NCBI GenBank assembly: GCA_038231135.1
Contig: JBBRLX010000030.1
Coordinates: 1 to 57,535, forward strand
DNA: 57,535 nucleotides
Direction: 5' to 3'
DNA from: Candidatus Eiseniibacteriota bacterium
GTDB lineage: Bacteria; Eisenbacteria; RBG-16-71-46
A program made the position numbers and the translations under genes. Below, piece by piece: positions 49,484-57,535 of this stretch. A model generated the notes under the pieces. The model made no database searches, was not told the origin of the DNA, and saw nothing but the letters and a program-made list of their open reading frames with translations. Numbering within the stretch: position 1 is the stretch's first letter; each line of letters starts with the position of its first letter.

Positions 49484-50778
49484 GCAGCTATCCGTCGGCG
49501 CGCGACGCGTCCGGGCGCATGGTGGCGGGGCGCGCCGCCTATCTCATCCTGCACAACACCTCCGAAGTCGTGACGCCCGACGCGACGGGCGAACACGTGG
49601 TGCGCTACCCCAGGGGCGCCGTGGTGTTCCAGGACGGCAAGGTGTCCGAGATCGGCCCCGCGTCGGAGTTGCTGCGCCGCCACTCGGAGGCGCGGCCGCT
49701 CAACGCGAACGGCCGGCTCGTGACCCCCGGACTCGTCGACTGCCACACGCACATGATCTTCGCCGGACATCGCGCGCTCGAGCACGAGCAGCGCCAGCGT
49801 GGCGACAGCTACGAGGCGATCGCCGCCGCGGGCGGCGGCATCCGGTCGACCGTGCGCGCGACCGCCGCCGAGCGCGACGACGTGCTCGAGAAGAGCCTGG
49901 CGAGCCGGCTCGAACGCTGGCGCGCGACGGGCTGCACCACCGTCGAGGTCAAGAGCGGCTACGGCCTGACGCCGGCCGCCGAGGTGCGGCTGCTCGACCT
50001 GATGCGCGGCGCGATCCAGCGGGTGCCGCTGCGCGTGCATCGCACGGCGCTGCTGCTCCACGCGATCCCCGACGACTACCGCGACCGGCGCGCTGAATAC
50101 CTCGACGAGCTCATCGAGCGCACGCTGCCCGAGATCCGGCGTCGCGAGCTGGCGACCGCGATCGACGCGTTCTGCGACGAGATCGCGTTCTCGGTCGAGG
50201 AGTGCCGCAGGTTGCTGCAGGCGGCGAAGGCCATGGGATTCGACATCAAGCTCCACGCGGATCAGCTGCACCGCACCGGCGGCGCGCAACTCGCCGCGGA
50301 ACTGGGCGCGCGCTCGGCGGATCATCTGGAGAGTGCGACCGCGGCCGACTGGCAGGCACTCGCCGCGGCGGGAACGGTCGGCGTGCTGCTGCCGGCGGCG
50401 GCGCTCACGCTGGGTCAGGCACTGCCGCCGGCGGCGATGCTGCGTGCCACGGGCGCGCGCGTCGCGATCGCCACCGACTTCAATCCGGGCACCGCCCCCG
50501 CGCAATCGCTGCTGGAGTGCGCGGCGCTCGCGGCGCGCAGCTGCGGGTTCACCGCCGAGGAGACGCTGCTCGCGGTGACGTGGAACGCCGCGCGGGCGCT
50601 CGGCGCCGAGCAGGAGATTGGCCATCTCAATCCCGGTGCGTCCGGGGATGCCGTGGCGTGGGAGTGCGAGACGCTGGAAGAACTGCCCTACTGGATGCCG
50701 GCCGTGCGCCCCGACTGCGTGTTCATTCGCGGCGCCGACCTGGCGATGCCGTCGATCGAACGCCGCGTGTGGCCGTGA
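49480..50778 (+). CDS. hutI: Imidazolonepropionase
   Basis: [46 protein letters not shown] overlap. Confidence 0.95.
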
Positions 50779-50797
50779 GCGGAGAAAGGTCACGAAG

Positions 50798-51937
50798 ATG
50801 ATGTTCAAGAGGCTGTTACTGGAAAATTGGAAGAACTTCCTGAAAATTGAAATTGAGCTCCAGCGCCGAATGTTCTTGTTGGGGCCGAATGCCAGCGGTA
50901 AGTCCAATCTTCTTGATGCAATTAGATTTCTCCGTGACATTGCGGACCCACAGGGCGGTTTTCAAAACGCGGTTGTCTCAAAGCGGCGAGGCGTGTCGCA
51001 ACTGAGATCATTGCACGCTCGGCGCCATTCAACTGTCGTCGTCGAGACACAAGTTGATCTAGATGTAGATGGACTGTGGTCCTACCGACTTGAATTCACA
51101 CAAGACAATCAAAGACGACCGATGATCCAACGCGAAGTCGTGAAGCACGGAGACATTACCGTGCTGGACCGTCCTGATGACGCCGACAAACAAGATGAGA
51201 GCCGGCTTACACAAACGCATCTTGAGCAAGTGAGTTCAAACAAGACTTTCCGACAACTTCAGGAGTTCTTTGCTCGCGTCCACTACTTGCACATAGTTCC
51301 GCAGTTGGTTCGGGAGCCAGAACGATCTATTGGAAGAACCGGCGATCCTTATGGCGGTGACTTCCTCGAACAACTAGCGCGCGCAAAAAAGCCAATTTTG
51401 ACATCACGTCTTGATAGGATAAGCAAGAGCCTGAGAGTGGCTGTGCCGAGCCTGCAGGAAATCCAGTTACTGCGCGACCCGGCTACAGGAGTGCCGCACC
51501 TGCGAAGCCTTTACGCGCATTGGCGCAAGGATGCTGGGTGGCAGTCAGAAGATCAATTGTCGGATGGAACGCTTAGGTTGTTCGGATTGCTTTGGGCCCT
51601 ATTGGATGGTGTCCATCCTTTGTTGTTGGAGGAGCCTGAACTCTCCCTGCATCCACGCCTGGTCAGGTACCTACCCACAATGATGGCAAGGTTGCTTAGA
51701 AAGAATGCGCGTCAGGTGTTCATTAGCACGCACTCGCCGGATCTATTGAGCGATGATGGCATTGGCATTGAGGAGATCTTACTGCTAATCCCGACTGCCG
51801 AGGGCACCGACGTGATGGTCGCGAGCGACTTGGCAGAGGTGCGAACGCTAGTCGAAAGTGGTGTACCGCTGCCAGATGTTGTCGTTCCTCGTACGGCGCC
51901 GCGAGGTGCAGAGCAATTGGTGATGTTTGGTGAGTAG
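50798..51937 (+). CDS. ABC-type ATPase (AAA_21/AbiEii-like)
   Basis: Walker A GPNASGKS, signature LSDGT, Walker B LLLEEPE, H-loop STHS. GC markedly lower than flanks. Confidence 0.88.
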   Translation: MMFKRLLLENWKNFLKIEIELQRRMFLLGPNASGKSNLLDAIRFLRDIADPQGGFQNAVVSKRRGVSQLRSLHARRHSTVVVETQVDLDVDGLWSYRLEFTQDNQRRPMIQREVVKHGDITVLDRPDDADKQDESRLTQTHLEQVSSNKTFRQLQEFFARVHYLHIVPQLVREPERSIGRTGDPYGGDFLEQLARAKKPILTSRLDRISKSLRVAVPSLQEIQLLRDPATGVPHLRSLYAHWRKDAGWQSEDQLSDGTLRLFGLLWALLDGVHPLLLEEPELSLHPRLVRYLPTMMARLLRKNARQVFISTHSPDLLSDDGIGIEEILLLIPTAEGTDVMVASDLAEVRTLVESGVPLPDVVVPRTAPRGAEQLVMFGE

Positions 51938-52541
51938 CGCCGTCATGAATATTGTCGTCGAGGGTCCTAGCGACGAAGCTGTGGTAACAAGGTTGCTCGA
52001 TGTCATGCAGGTGGCAGTCGGCAATACGTATGGGCTTCGAGGTAAGGGCGCCATCGACAAGAATTTGGACGGATTCAACAAGGCGTCGAAGTTTGGCAAG
52101 TGGCTAGTGGTGCGAGACTTTGACGATGACGCCGTGTGCCCGGGAGACTTGGTTCGTAGACTCCTGCCCAATCGCCTCCCGACGTTGTGCTTGAGGTTGG
52201 CAGTAAGGTGCATCGAGTCGTGGCTGTTGGCTGATCGGCCGGGCATCGCCAAGTACCTCGCTGTTCGATTGGAGCGAGTGCCTCGCTCCCCCGACACTCT
52301 AGTGGATCCGAAGTCAACGCTCATCGAGCTGGCACGAACATCAAGGAGGTCCGGTATTCGCGACGACTTTGTGCCAGGGACCGGAAGCTCTGCCCGCGTA
52401 GGGAAGGGGTATACGGCTGGTATGGTCGAATTCGCGCGTATCTGGTCGCCTGAAGAAGCTGCTAAGTACAGTGGGAGTCTGCAAAGAGCCATCAGTGCAA
52501 TACGTGTGTTGCGTTCTGGAGAAGGGACGCGGAGGCCATGA
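51930..52541 (+). CDS. TOPRIM-like protein (DUF4276-like)
   Basis: IVVEGPSD, RDFDDD (DxD), ESWLLAD, DPK motifs. Overlaps the ATPase stop and the ftcD start. Confidence 0.75.
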   Translation: MSSAVMNIVVEGPSDEAVVTRLLDVMQVAVGNTYGLRGKGAIDKNLDGFNKASKFGKWLVVRDFDDDAVCPGDLVRRLLPNRLPTLCLRLAVRCIESWLLADRPGIAKYLAVRLERVPRSPDTLVDPKSTLIELARTSRRSGIRDDFVPGTGSSARVGKGYTAGMVEFARIWSPEEAAKYSGSLQRAISAIRVLRSGEGTRRP

Positions 52542-54070
52542 CCCACATCGTCGAGTGTGTGCCCAATTTCTCGGAAGGCCGCCGCCGCGACGTCGTGGAC
52601 GAGTTGATCCGCGCCGTGACCGGCGTCGCCGGCGTGACGTTCCTCGACAGCGAGATGGACGCCGATCACAACCGTTCGGTGATCACGTTCGCGGGCGAGC
52701 CGGAGCCGGTGATCGAGGCGGCGGTGCGCGTTGTGGCGCGCGCCGCGGAGCTGATCGACCTCACGCGGCATTCGGGCCAGCATCCGCGCATGGGCGCCGC
52801 CGACGTGGTGCCGTTCGTGCCGGTCGAGGGCGTGTCGCTCGACGACTGCGCGGGGTTCGCGCGCAGCGCCGGCGCCCGCATCGGCGCCGAGCTCGGCATT
52901 CCGGTGTTCCTGTACGAGGCCGCCGCGTCACGGCCCGATCGCACGAGCCTCGCCGACGTCCGGCGCGGCCAGTTCGAGGGGCTGCGCGATGCGATCGGCG
53001 CCGACCCCGCGCGCACGCCGGACTTCGGTCCGCATCGCATCCATCCCACGGCCGGGGCGACCGCGGTCGGCGCGCGGCGGTTCCTGGTCGCGTTCAACGC
53101 CAATCTCGCCACCGGCGACGTGCGCGTCGCGAAGGCGGTGGCCGCCGCGATCCGCGAGCAGAACGGCGGCTTGAAGAACGTGCGCGCGCTGGGATTCGCG
53201 ATCGAGAACGGCCGCCGCGCCCAGGTGAGCATGAACCTCGTTAACACCGAGGCCACGCCGATCCACCGGGTGCTGGCGCTGATCCGCGCGGAGGCGGCGC
53301 GTCACGGGACGATGATCTCGGGCTGCGAGGTGGTGGGGCTGATCCCCCAGGCCGCGATGCTCGACGCCGCCGAGCACGCGCTGCAGCTCGAAGGCTTCCG
53401 GCGCGACCAGGTGCTGGAGCTCAGGCTTGCGCATCCGCCGCTCACCGGCGCCACGGCGCTCGACGCGTTCATGGACTCGGTGTCCGATGCGAATCCCACA
53501 CCGGGCGGCGGCACCGTCGCCGCCGTCGCGGGGGCGATCGCGAGCTGCCTGCCGGTGATGGTCGCGAATCTCACGCTGGGCCGGAAGAAATTCGCAACCG
53601 CCGAGCCGGAACTGCGCTCGGTTAAGGATCGTGCCACGACGCTGCGGTCCGAACTGCTGGGGCTCGCGCGGCTCGACAGCGAGGCGTTCGACGCCGTGCT
53701 GAAAGCCCGGCGTCTGCCCGCCACGACTGTCGCGGAAGTCACCGCCCGGGATCAGGCCGTGGCTCTCGCGGAACTCGAAGCCACGCGCATACCGCTAACG
53801 ACGGCAAAGCTTTGCGTGGAGGTGGCCGAGCTGGCGGCGCGCGCCGCCCGCAGCGGGAATCCCAACGCCGTGACCGATGCCGGCGTTGCAGGACGCATGG
53901 CCGCCGCCGCCGCCGAGGGAGCGCTGCTCAACGTCAAGATCAACCTGAAGAGCCTTGGGGCCGGGGCCGATAAGGACGATATCGAGAAGGCGTTACCGCG
54001 CCTGGAGCAGGCGTTGGTCACGGCAACCCGGAGCTGCAGCGAGGCGGTCGATGCGGTGTTGAACGCATGA
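52538..54070 (+). CDS. ftcD: Bifunctional glutamate formimidoyltransferase / formiminotetrahydrofolate cyclodeaminase
   Basis: ECVPNFSEGR, DHNRSV, HPRMGAADV, QVSMNL; cyclodeaminase PTPGGG, GNPNAVTDAGV, NVKINL. Confidence 0.95.
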   Translation: MTHIVECVPNFSEGRRRDVVDELIRAVTGVAGVTFLDSEMDADHNRSVITFAGEPEPVIEAAVRVVARAAELIDLTRHSGQHPRMGAADVVPFVPVEGVSLDDCAGFARSAGARIGAELGIPVFLYEAAASRPDRTSLADVRRGQFEGLRDAIGADPARTPDFGPHRIHPTAGATAVGARRFLVAFNANLATGDVRVAKAVAAAIREQNGGLKNVRALGFAIENGRRAQVSMNLVNTEATPIHRVLALIRAEAARHGTMISGCEVVGLIPQAAMLDAAEHALQLEGFRRDQVLELRLAHPPLTGATALDAFMDSVSDANPTPGGGTVAAVAGAIASCLPVMVANLTLGRKKFATAEPELRSVKDRATTLRSELLGLARLDSEAFDAVLKARRLPATTVAEVTARDQAVALAELEATRIPLTTAKLCVEVAELAARAARSGNPNAVTDAGVAGRMAAAAAEGALLNVKINLKSLGAGADKDDIEKALPRLEQALVTATRSCSEAVDAVLNA

Positions 54071-54116
54071 CCTCCTGCGTTTCGTGCCCCATGGCGGATC
54101 CCGGGAGAGGGCGGAT

Positions 54117-56345
54117 TTGGAAAAGGCCATCGAGATCAAACGCCGGGCCCAACGGTTCGTGCAGAGCGGCGATGTCGATGCCGCGCTGGTCGAATACGAG
54201 AAGCTTGCGCGTGCCGAGGAGAACGAACCCTACCACTCGGTCGTCATCGCCGATCTGCTGTTCAAGAAGGGCGATCCGTCGGGAGCGTCCGCGCGCTATC
54301 TGAGTGCGATCGACGGGTACGAGGCGGCGGGGTTGTACAAGAACGGCATCGCCGTGTGCAAGAAGATGGCACGGCTGTCGCTCGCGCCGGGCCAGGTGTT
54401 CCAGCGGCTCGGCCAGCTCCATCAGCGCGACGGGCTGACCACCGAATCCGCGCTCTACTTCATGCAGCACGCGGAATACGCGCTGCGCATGAACGATCTC
54501 GCGGCCGCGGCCGCGTCGTTCCGGCTGGCGTTCGAGGCGTCGCCCGAGAACGTGGTCGCGCTCGAACGATTGGCCGAGCTGCATCTGTCGAACGGCGAGG
54601 ACGACCCGTATTCCGCGACGCTCACCGAGGCCGCCGCGGCCTACGACCGGCTCGGCCATCTCGCGGACGCGAAGCGGCTGCGCGCACGCCTCGGAGGCAA
54701 CGCCCACGAGCCCGCGCCCGCGCCAGTGGAAGCGAGGCTCGAGACCGCGAGCACGATCGAAGCGGTACGCGACGTGCTGCCGGAGGGAACGGAGCCGCTG
54801 CGGGCGCCGAGATTCGCGCTGCGCCCGGCCGCGGTGCCGCCGGCCGAAGGCCTGGTGTCGGCCGCCCGCCACCTGCGGGACCCGGGCGAGCCACGCACGC
54901 CGGCCCTCGACGACCCCAACGAACGCGTGATCACCGACGTTGCTCCTGTCGGCATCGAACCCGCGGGTCTGGGCGACCCGGCCGCGGGCGGAGATCTGAT
55001 CACCGACGAGGCCGAACGGTCCGCCAACGCGGCATCCGCGGTGGCCGCGGACTCGCCGGACCGGATCCACACCGGATCGGGCTACGAGTCGCCGGCTGCC
55101 GAACCCGCGCGCGCGACGGGAACGAACGGGAAGGCGGTCGCCGGCCAGCCGGCGCAGGCGGAGTCGGCGCGCGCCGCCGAGCGGCCCGGGCTGCGCTTCG
55201 AGCTCGACGGCGCCGACGCCGCGACCGATCCCGTCGATCCCTACGCGCACATTGCCACCGAAGCCGTGCTCACGCCCGAGGTGAGCACGCTGATCGAGCA
55301 GGGTCGCGAGCAGGCGCGGGGCGGACAGCTCGACGCCGCCGCACAGTCGTTCACCCGTGCCGCGCAGGCCTGGGACACCGCTGGGAAATCCGAATCCGCA
55401 GCCGGCGTCTACCGCGCGCTCCACGCGAACCTGCCGCCGGTGCGGCCCGCGCTGATGCTGTGGTTCGACAACTGCCGCCGCCGCGGGGATCGCGGCGAAG
55501 CCGCCCGCGTCGCGCTCGGCCTGGGGGAGGAGGCGCAGAGCCGCGCCGACACCCGTGCCGCGCGCGAGTGGTTCGAGCGGGCATTCGTGCTCGATCCGTC
55601 CAACGTCGCCGCGGCCGAACGGCTGCGCACGCTGACGCCGGACACTCCGCAGGAGGCCGTGCCCGCGGCAGAAACTCGAACGGCGCCTCGCGTTCCTGGC
55701 CCCGCCAACGGAGCCGGCGCCGCGCCCGCGCCGTTCGCACCCACACCGTTCACGCCCGTCCCGCCGGCGCCGGCGCCGGGGATGCCCCTCGCTCCCCCGA
55801 TGCTGAAGCCGGTCCCCCAGCCCGCCGGCGCGCGAAATCGGGCGCAATCGCCGGTGGCGGAAGGGGCGCCGCGCATCGAGGTCACGCACGGCTATGGCGA
55901 CGAAGTGCACATGGAGCTGGACCAGTTGCTGGACACGTTCCGGAAGGAAATCCAACATCAGGTTTCCGGAGACCCGCAGAGCAATTATGCTCTGGGCGTG
56001 AGCTACCTCGAGATGGGACTCAGCGAAGAGGCGATCGAATCGCTGCGGGCGGCCGGCGAGGATCCGAGCCTCAAGGCGTCGGCCACCGAACTGATCGGTC
56101 GCTGCCTCATGGACAACGGACGCTTCGAGGACGCCGCCACCGAGTTCCGCGCCGCGCTCGACCATCCGGCGGTGACCGGTGAGCCGGCGCTCGGCCTGCG
56201 CTTCGAGCTCGGCCTCGCGCTCGAAGCCGCGGGACGGCTGGACGACGCGCTGATGCAGTTCGAGCGCCTCTACGCCGCGCAGCCCAGCTACCCGGATGTG
56301 GCGATGAAGATCCGACTGCTGCGCAAGATGCTGGAGAACGAGTGA
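54117..56345 (+). CDS. Tetratricopeptide-repeat protein with Pro/Ala-rich linkers
   Basis: N-terminal, central and C-terminal TPR-like blocks (NYALGVSYLEMGLSEEAI). Start uncertain (54084 or 54117). Confidence 0.8.
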   Translation: MEKAIEIKRRAQRFVQSGDVDAALVEYEKLARAEENEPYHSVVIADLLFKKGDPSGASARYLSAIDGYEAAGLYKNGIAVCKKMARLSLAPGQVFQRLGQLHQRDGLTTESALYFMQHAEYALRMNDLAAAAASFRLAFEASPENVVALERLAELHLSNGEDDPYSATLTEAAAAYDRLGHLADAKRLRARLGGNAHEPAPAPVEARLETASTIEAVRDVLPEGTEPLRAPRFALRPAAVPPAEGLVSAARHLRDPGEPRTPALDDPNERVITDVAPVGIEPAGLGDPAAGGDLITDEAERSANAASAVAADSPDRIHTGSGYESPAAEPARATGTNGKAVAGQPAQAESARAAERPGLRFELDGADAATDPVDPYAHIATEAVLTPEVSTLIEQGREQARGGQLDAAAQSFTRAAQAWDTAGKSESAAGVYRALHANLPPVRPALMLWFDNCRRRGDRGEAARVALGLGEEAQSRADTRAAREWFERAFVLDPSNVAAAERLRTLTPDTPQEAVPAAETRTAPRVPGPANGAGAAPAPFAPTPFTPVPPAPAPGMPLAPPMLKPVPQPAGARNRAQSPVAEGAPRIEVTHGYGDEVHMELDQLLDTFRKEIQHQVSGDPQSNYALGVSYLEMGLSEEAIESLRAAGEDPSLKASATELIGRCLMDNGRFEDAATEFRAALDHPAVTGEPALGLRFELGLALEAAGRLDDALMQFERLYAAQPSYPDVAMKIRLLRKMLENE

Positions 56346-57190
56346 GCTCGCACCCGCCCACCCGTCCGGGCGGACGCCGCATCGACCTCCACACCCACAC
56401 GTTTTTCAGCGACGGCGCCCTGACGCCCGCGGCGCTCGTCACCCGCGCGATCGAGCGCGGCCTGTCGGCGCTGGCGATCACCGACCACGACTCGCTGGAC
56501 GCGCTGGAGCCCGCGCGCGAAGCCGCCGCGCTGGCGATCGAGATCGTGCCCGGCATCGAGATCTCGTGCATGTTCGACGGCAGCGAGATGCACCTGCTCG
56601 GCTATTTCCTGGATCCCGGCGACGAGCGCCTGACCGGCCGCCTGCTGGGGTTCCGCGAGGAGCGCCTGCAGCGCGCGCTCGGCATGGTGGAGCGCCTCGC
56701 CGCGCTCGGCATGCCGATCGACCCCGAGCGCGTGATCGAGCTCGCCGGCCCCGGCGTGGTCGGCCGCCCGCACGTGGCGGAGGCGCTGGTACAGGCCGGC
56801 CACGTGGCGCACATGGACGAGGCGTTCAAGCGCTACCTGGGCCCGCACGGCCAGGCCTACGTGCAACGCCCCGCATTCGACGCCGCCGAAGCCATCACGC
56901 TGATCCACGGCGCCGGCGGAGTGAGCGTCATCGCGCATCCCGGCGTGGGCCTGGAGGAATCCCGTCTCGAGCGCCTCGCCGAATACGGACTGCGCGGCAT
57001 CGAGATCTGGCATCCCCAGCACGGCCCGGTGGCCGTGCGCCGCCTGCGCTCCCTCGCCGCGAGATACAACCTACTGGAAACCGGCGGCTCCGACTTCCAC
57101 GGCCCCCATCGCGGAGCCGACGTCGGAGAACTCCCCGTCCCCGCGAGCGCGCTGCAGCGGCTCAAGGACGCGGCCGGAGTGCCCGGGTAG
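56342..57190 (+). CDS. PHP-domain phosphoesterase (TrpH/YciV-like)
   Basis: IDLHTHT..SDG, AITDHD, GIEIS, HLLGY, GRPHVA, AHP, TGGSDFHG. Confidence 0.92.
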   Translation: MSSHPPTRPGGRRIDLHTHTFFSDGALTPAALVTRAIERGLSALAITDHDSLDALEPAREAAALAIEIVPGIEISCMFDGSEMHLLGYFLDPGDERLTGRLLGFREERLQRALGMVERLAALGMPIDPERVIELAGPGVVGRPHVAEALVQAGHVAHMDEAFKRYLGPHGQAYVQRPAFDAAEAITLIHGAGGVSVIAHPGVGLEESRLERLAEYGLRGIEIWHPQHGPVAVRRLRSLAARYNLLETGGSDFHGPHRGADVGELPVPASALQRLKDAAGVPG

Positions 57191-57251
57191 CGAGGGCAAG
57201 GCGAGAGGCAAGGACGCATTGAAGGAGAGACTCCTTCTGCCCAGCGCCCCC

Positions 57252-57326
57252 GCGATGCGCGAAGCGCGAGCACCCCCACCCGCACTTCAGCAATGTCTGC
57301 ACAGCGATGCGCGAAGCGCGAGCACC
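57252..57326 (+). repeat. REP-like 23-bp direct repeat x2 with internal hairpin
   Basis: GCGATGCGCGAAGCGCGAGCACC at 57252-57274 and 57304-57326; contains GCGC-GAA-GCGC. Confidence 0.75.
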
Positions 57327-57400
57327 TCCAACGCCACAACCCACCCCGCCCCCCCTGACAGATGTGTTGCCGTACGCCGAATCTAGGTAAGCGCCGCGCG

Positions 57401-57535
57401 CGGTGAGGGGCTGTCCGGAGGCGGGGACCGAGGGCAGCGCGGGAGTGCAGGGATGCACGGAGCGCTGCCCGAGTAGCGAGGACCCGCCAGGAGGGCGGGG
57501 CCGAAGCGTCCCCGCCGGAGGACAGCCCCTCACCG
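57401..57535. repeat. Multibranch palindromic element (MITE/REP-like or structured RNA)
   Basis: Perfect 16-bp inverted repeat 57401-57416 / 57520-57535 enclosing four nested stems. Confidence 0.7.

Overview
The window has two parts. Bases ~15,530-57,535 are a very GC-rich (~70% by eye) bacterial chromosome segment. Its PorU/PorV genes and FlgD/T9SS-type C-terminal domains suggest an FCB-related lineage such as Ca. Eisenbacteria (inference, no search run). It carries pyrE, an S8 protease, a lipoprotein behind a consensus sigma-54 promoter and an M23 peptidase. A long co-oriented run follows: dnaE, accA, trm112, porU, porV, M6 protease, two DUF5683-like genes, an NHL protein, a large barrel with SprA-like motifs, an Omp85, DinG, hutH, hutU, hutI, a low-GC ABC-ATPase + TOPRIM-like pair, ftcD, a TPR protein and a PHP protein. 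It ends in a structured repeat. Bases 2,040-15,513 are a ~13.4 kb integrative element in tRNA-Glu(TTC), bounded by an exact 61-bp direct repeat with CCGTAGCA arm-type repeats at both ends. Its core is integrase, RHH, XRE-HTH, AAA+ replication helicase and a putative ori. Its cargo is (i) a repeat-flanked MTase-Mrr / TcmP / DUF5131 cassette and (ii) three secreted proteins, one with cohesin-dockerin-cohesin domains. Bases 1-2,039 look like the end of a second, tandem element. The best candidates for new biology are the T9SS-like outer-membrane operon, the satellite-like element and its cargo, and the ATPase-TOPRIM pair embedded in the hut operon. All family calls come from motif recognition by eye; no database searches were run.
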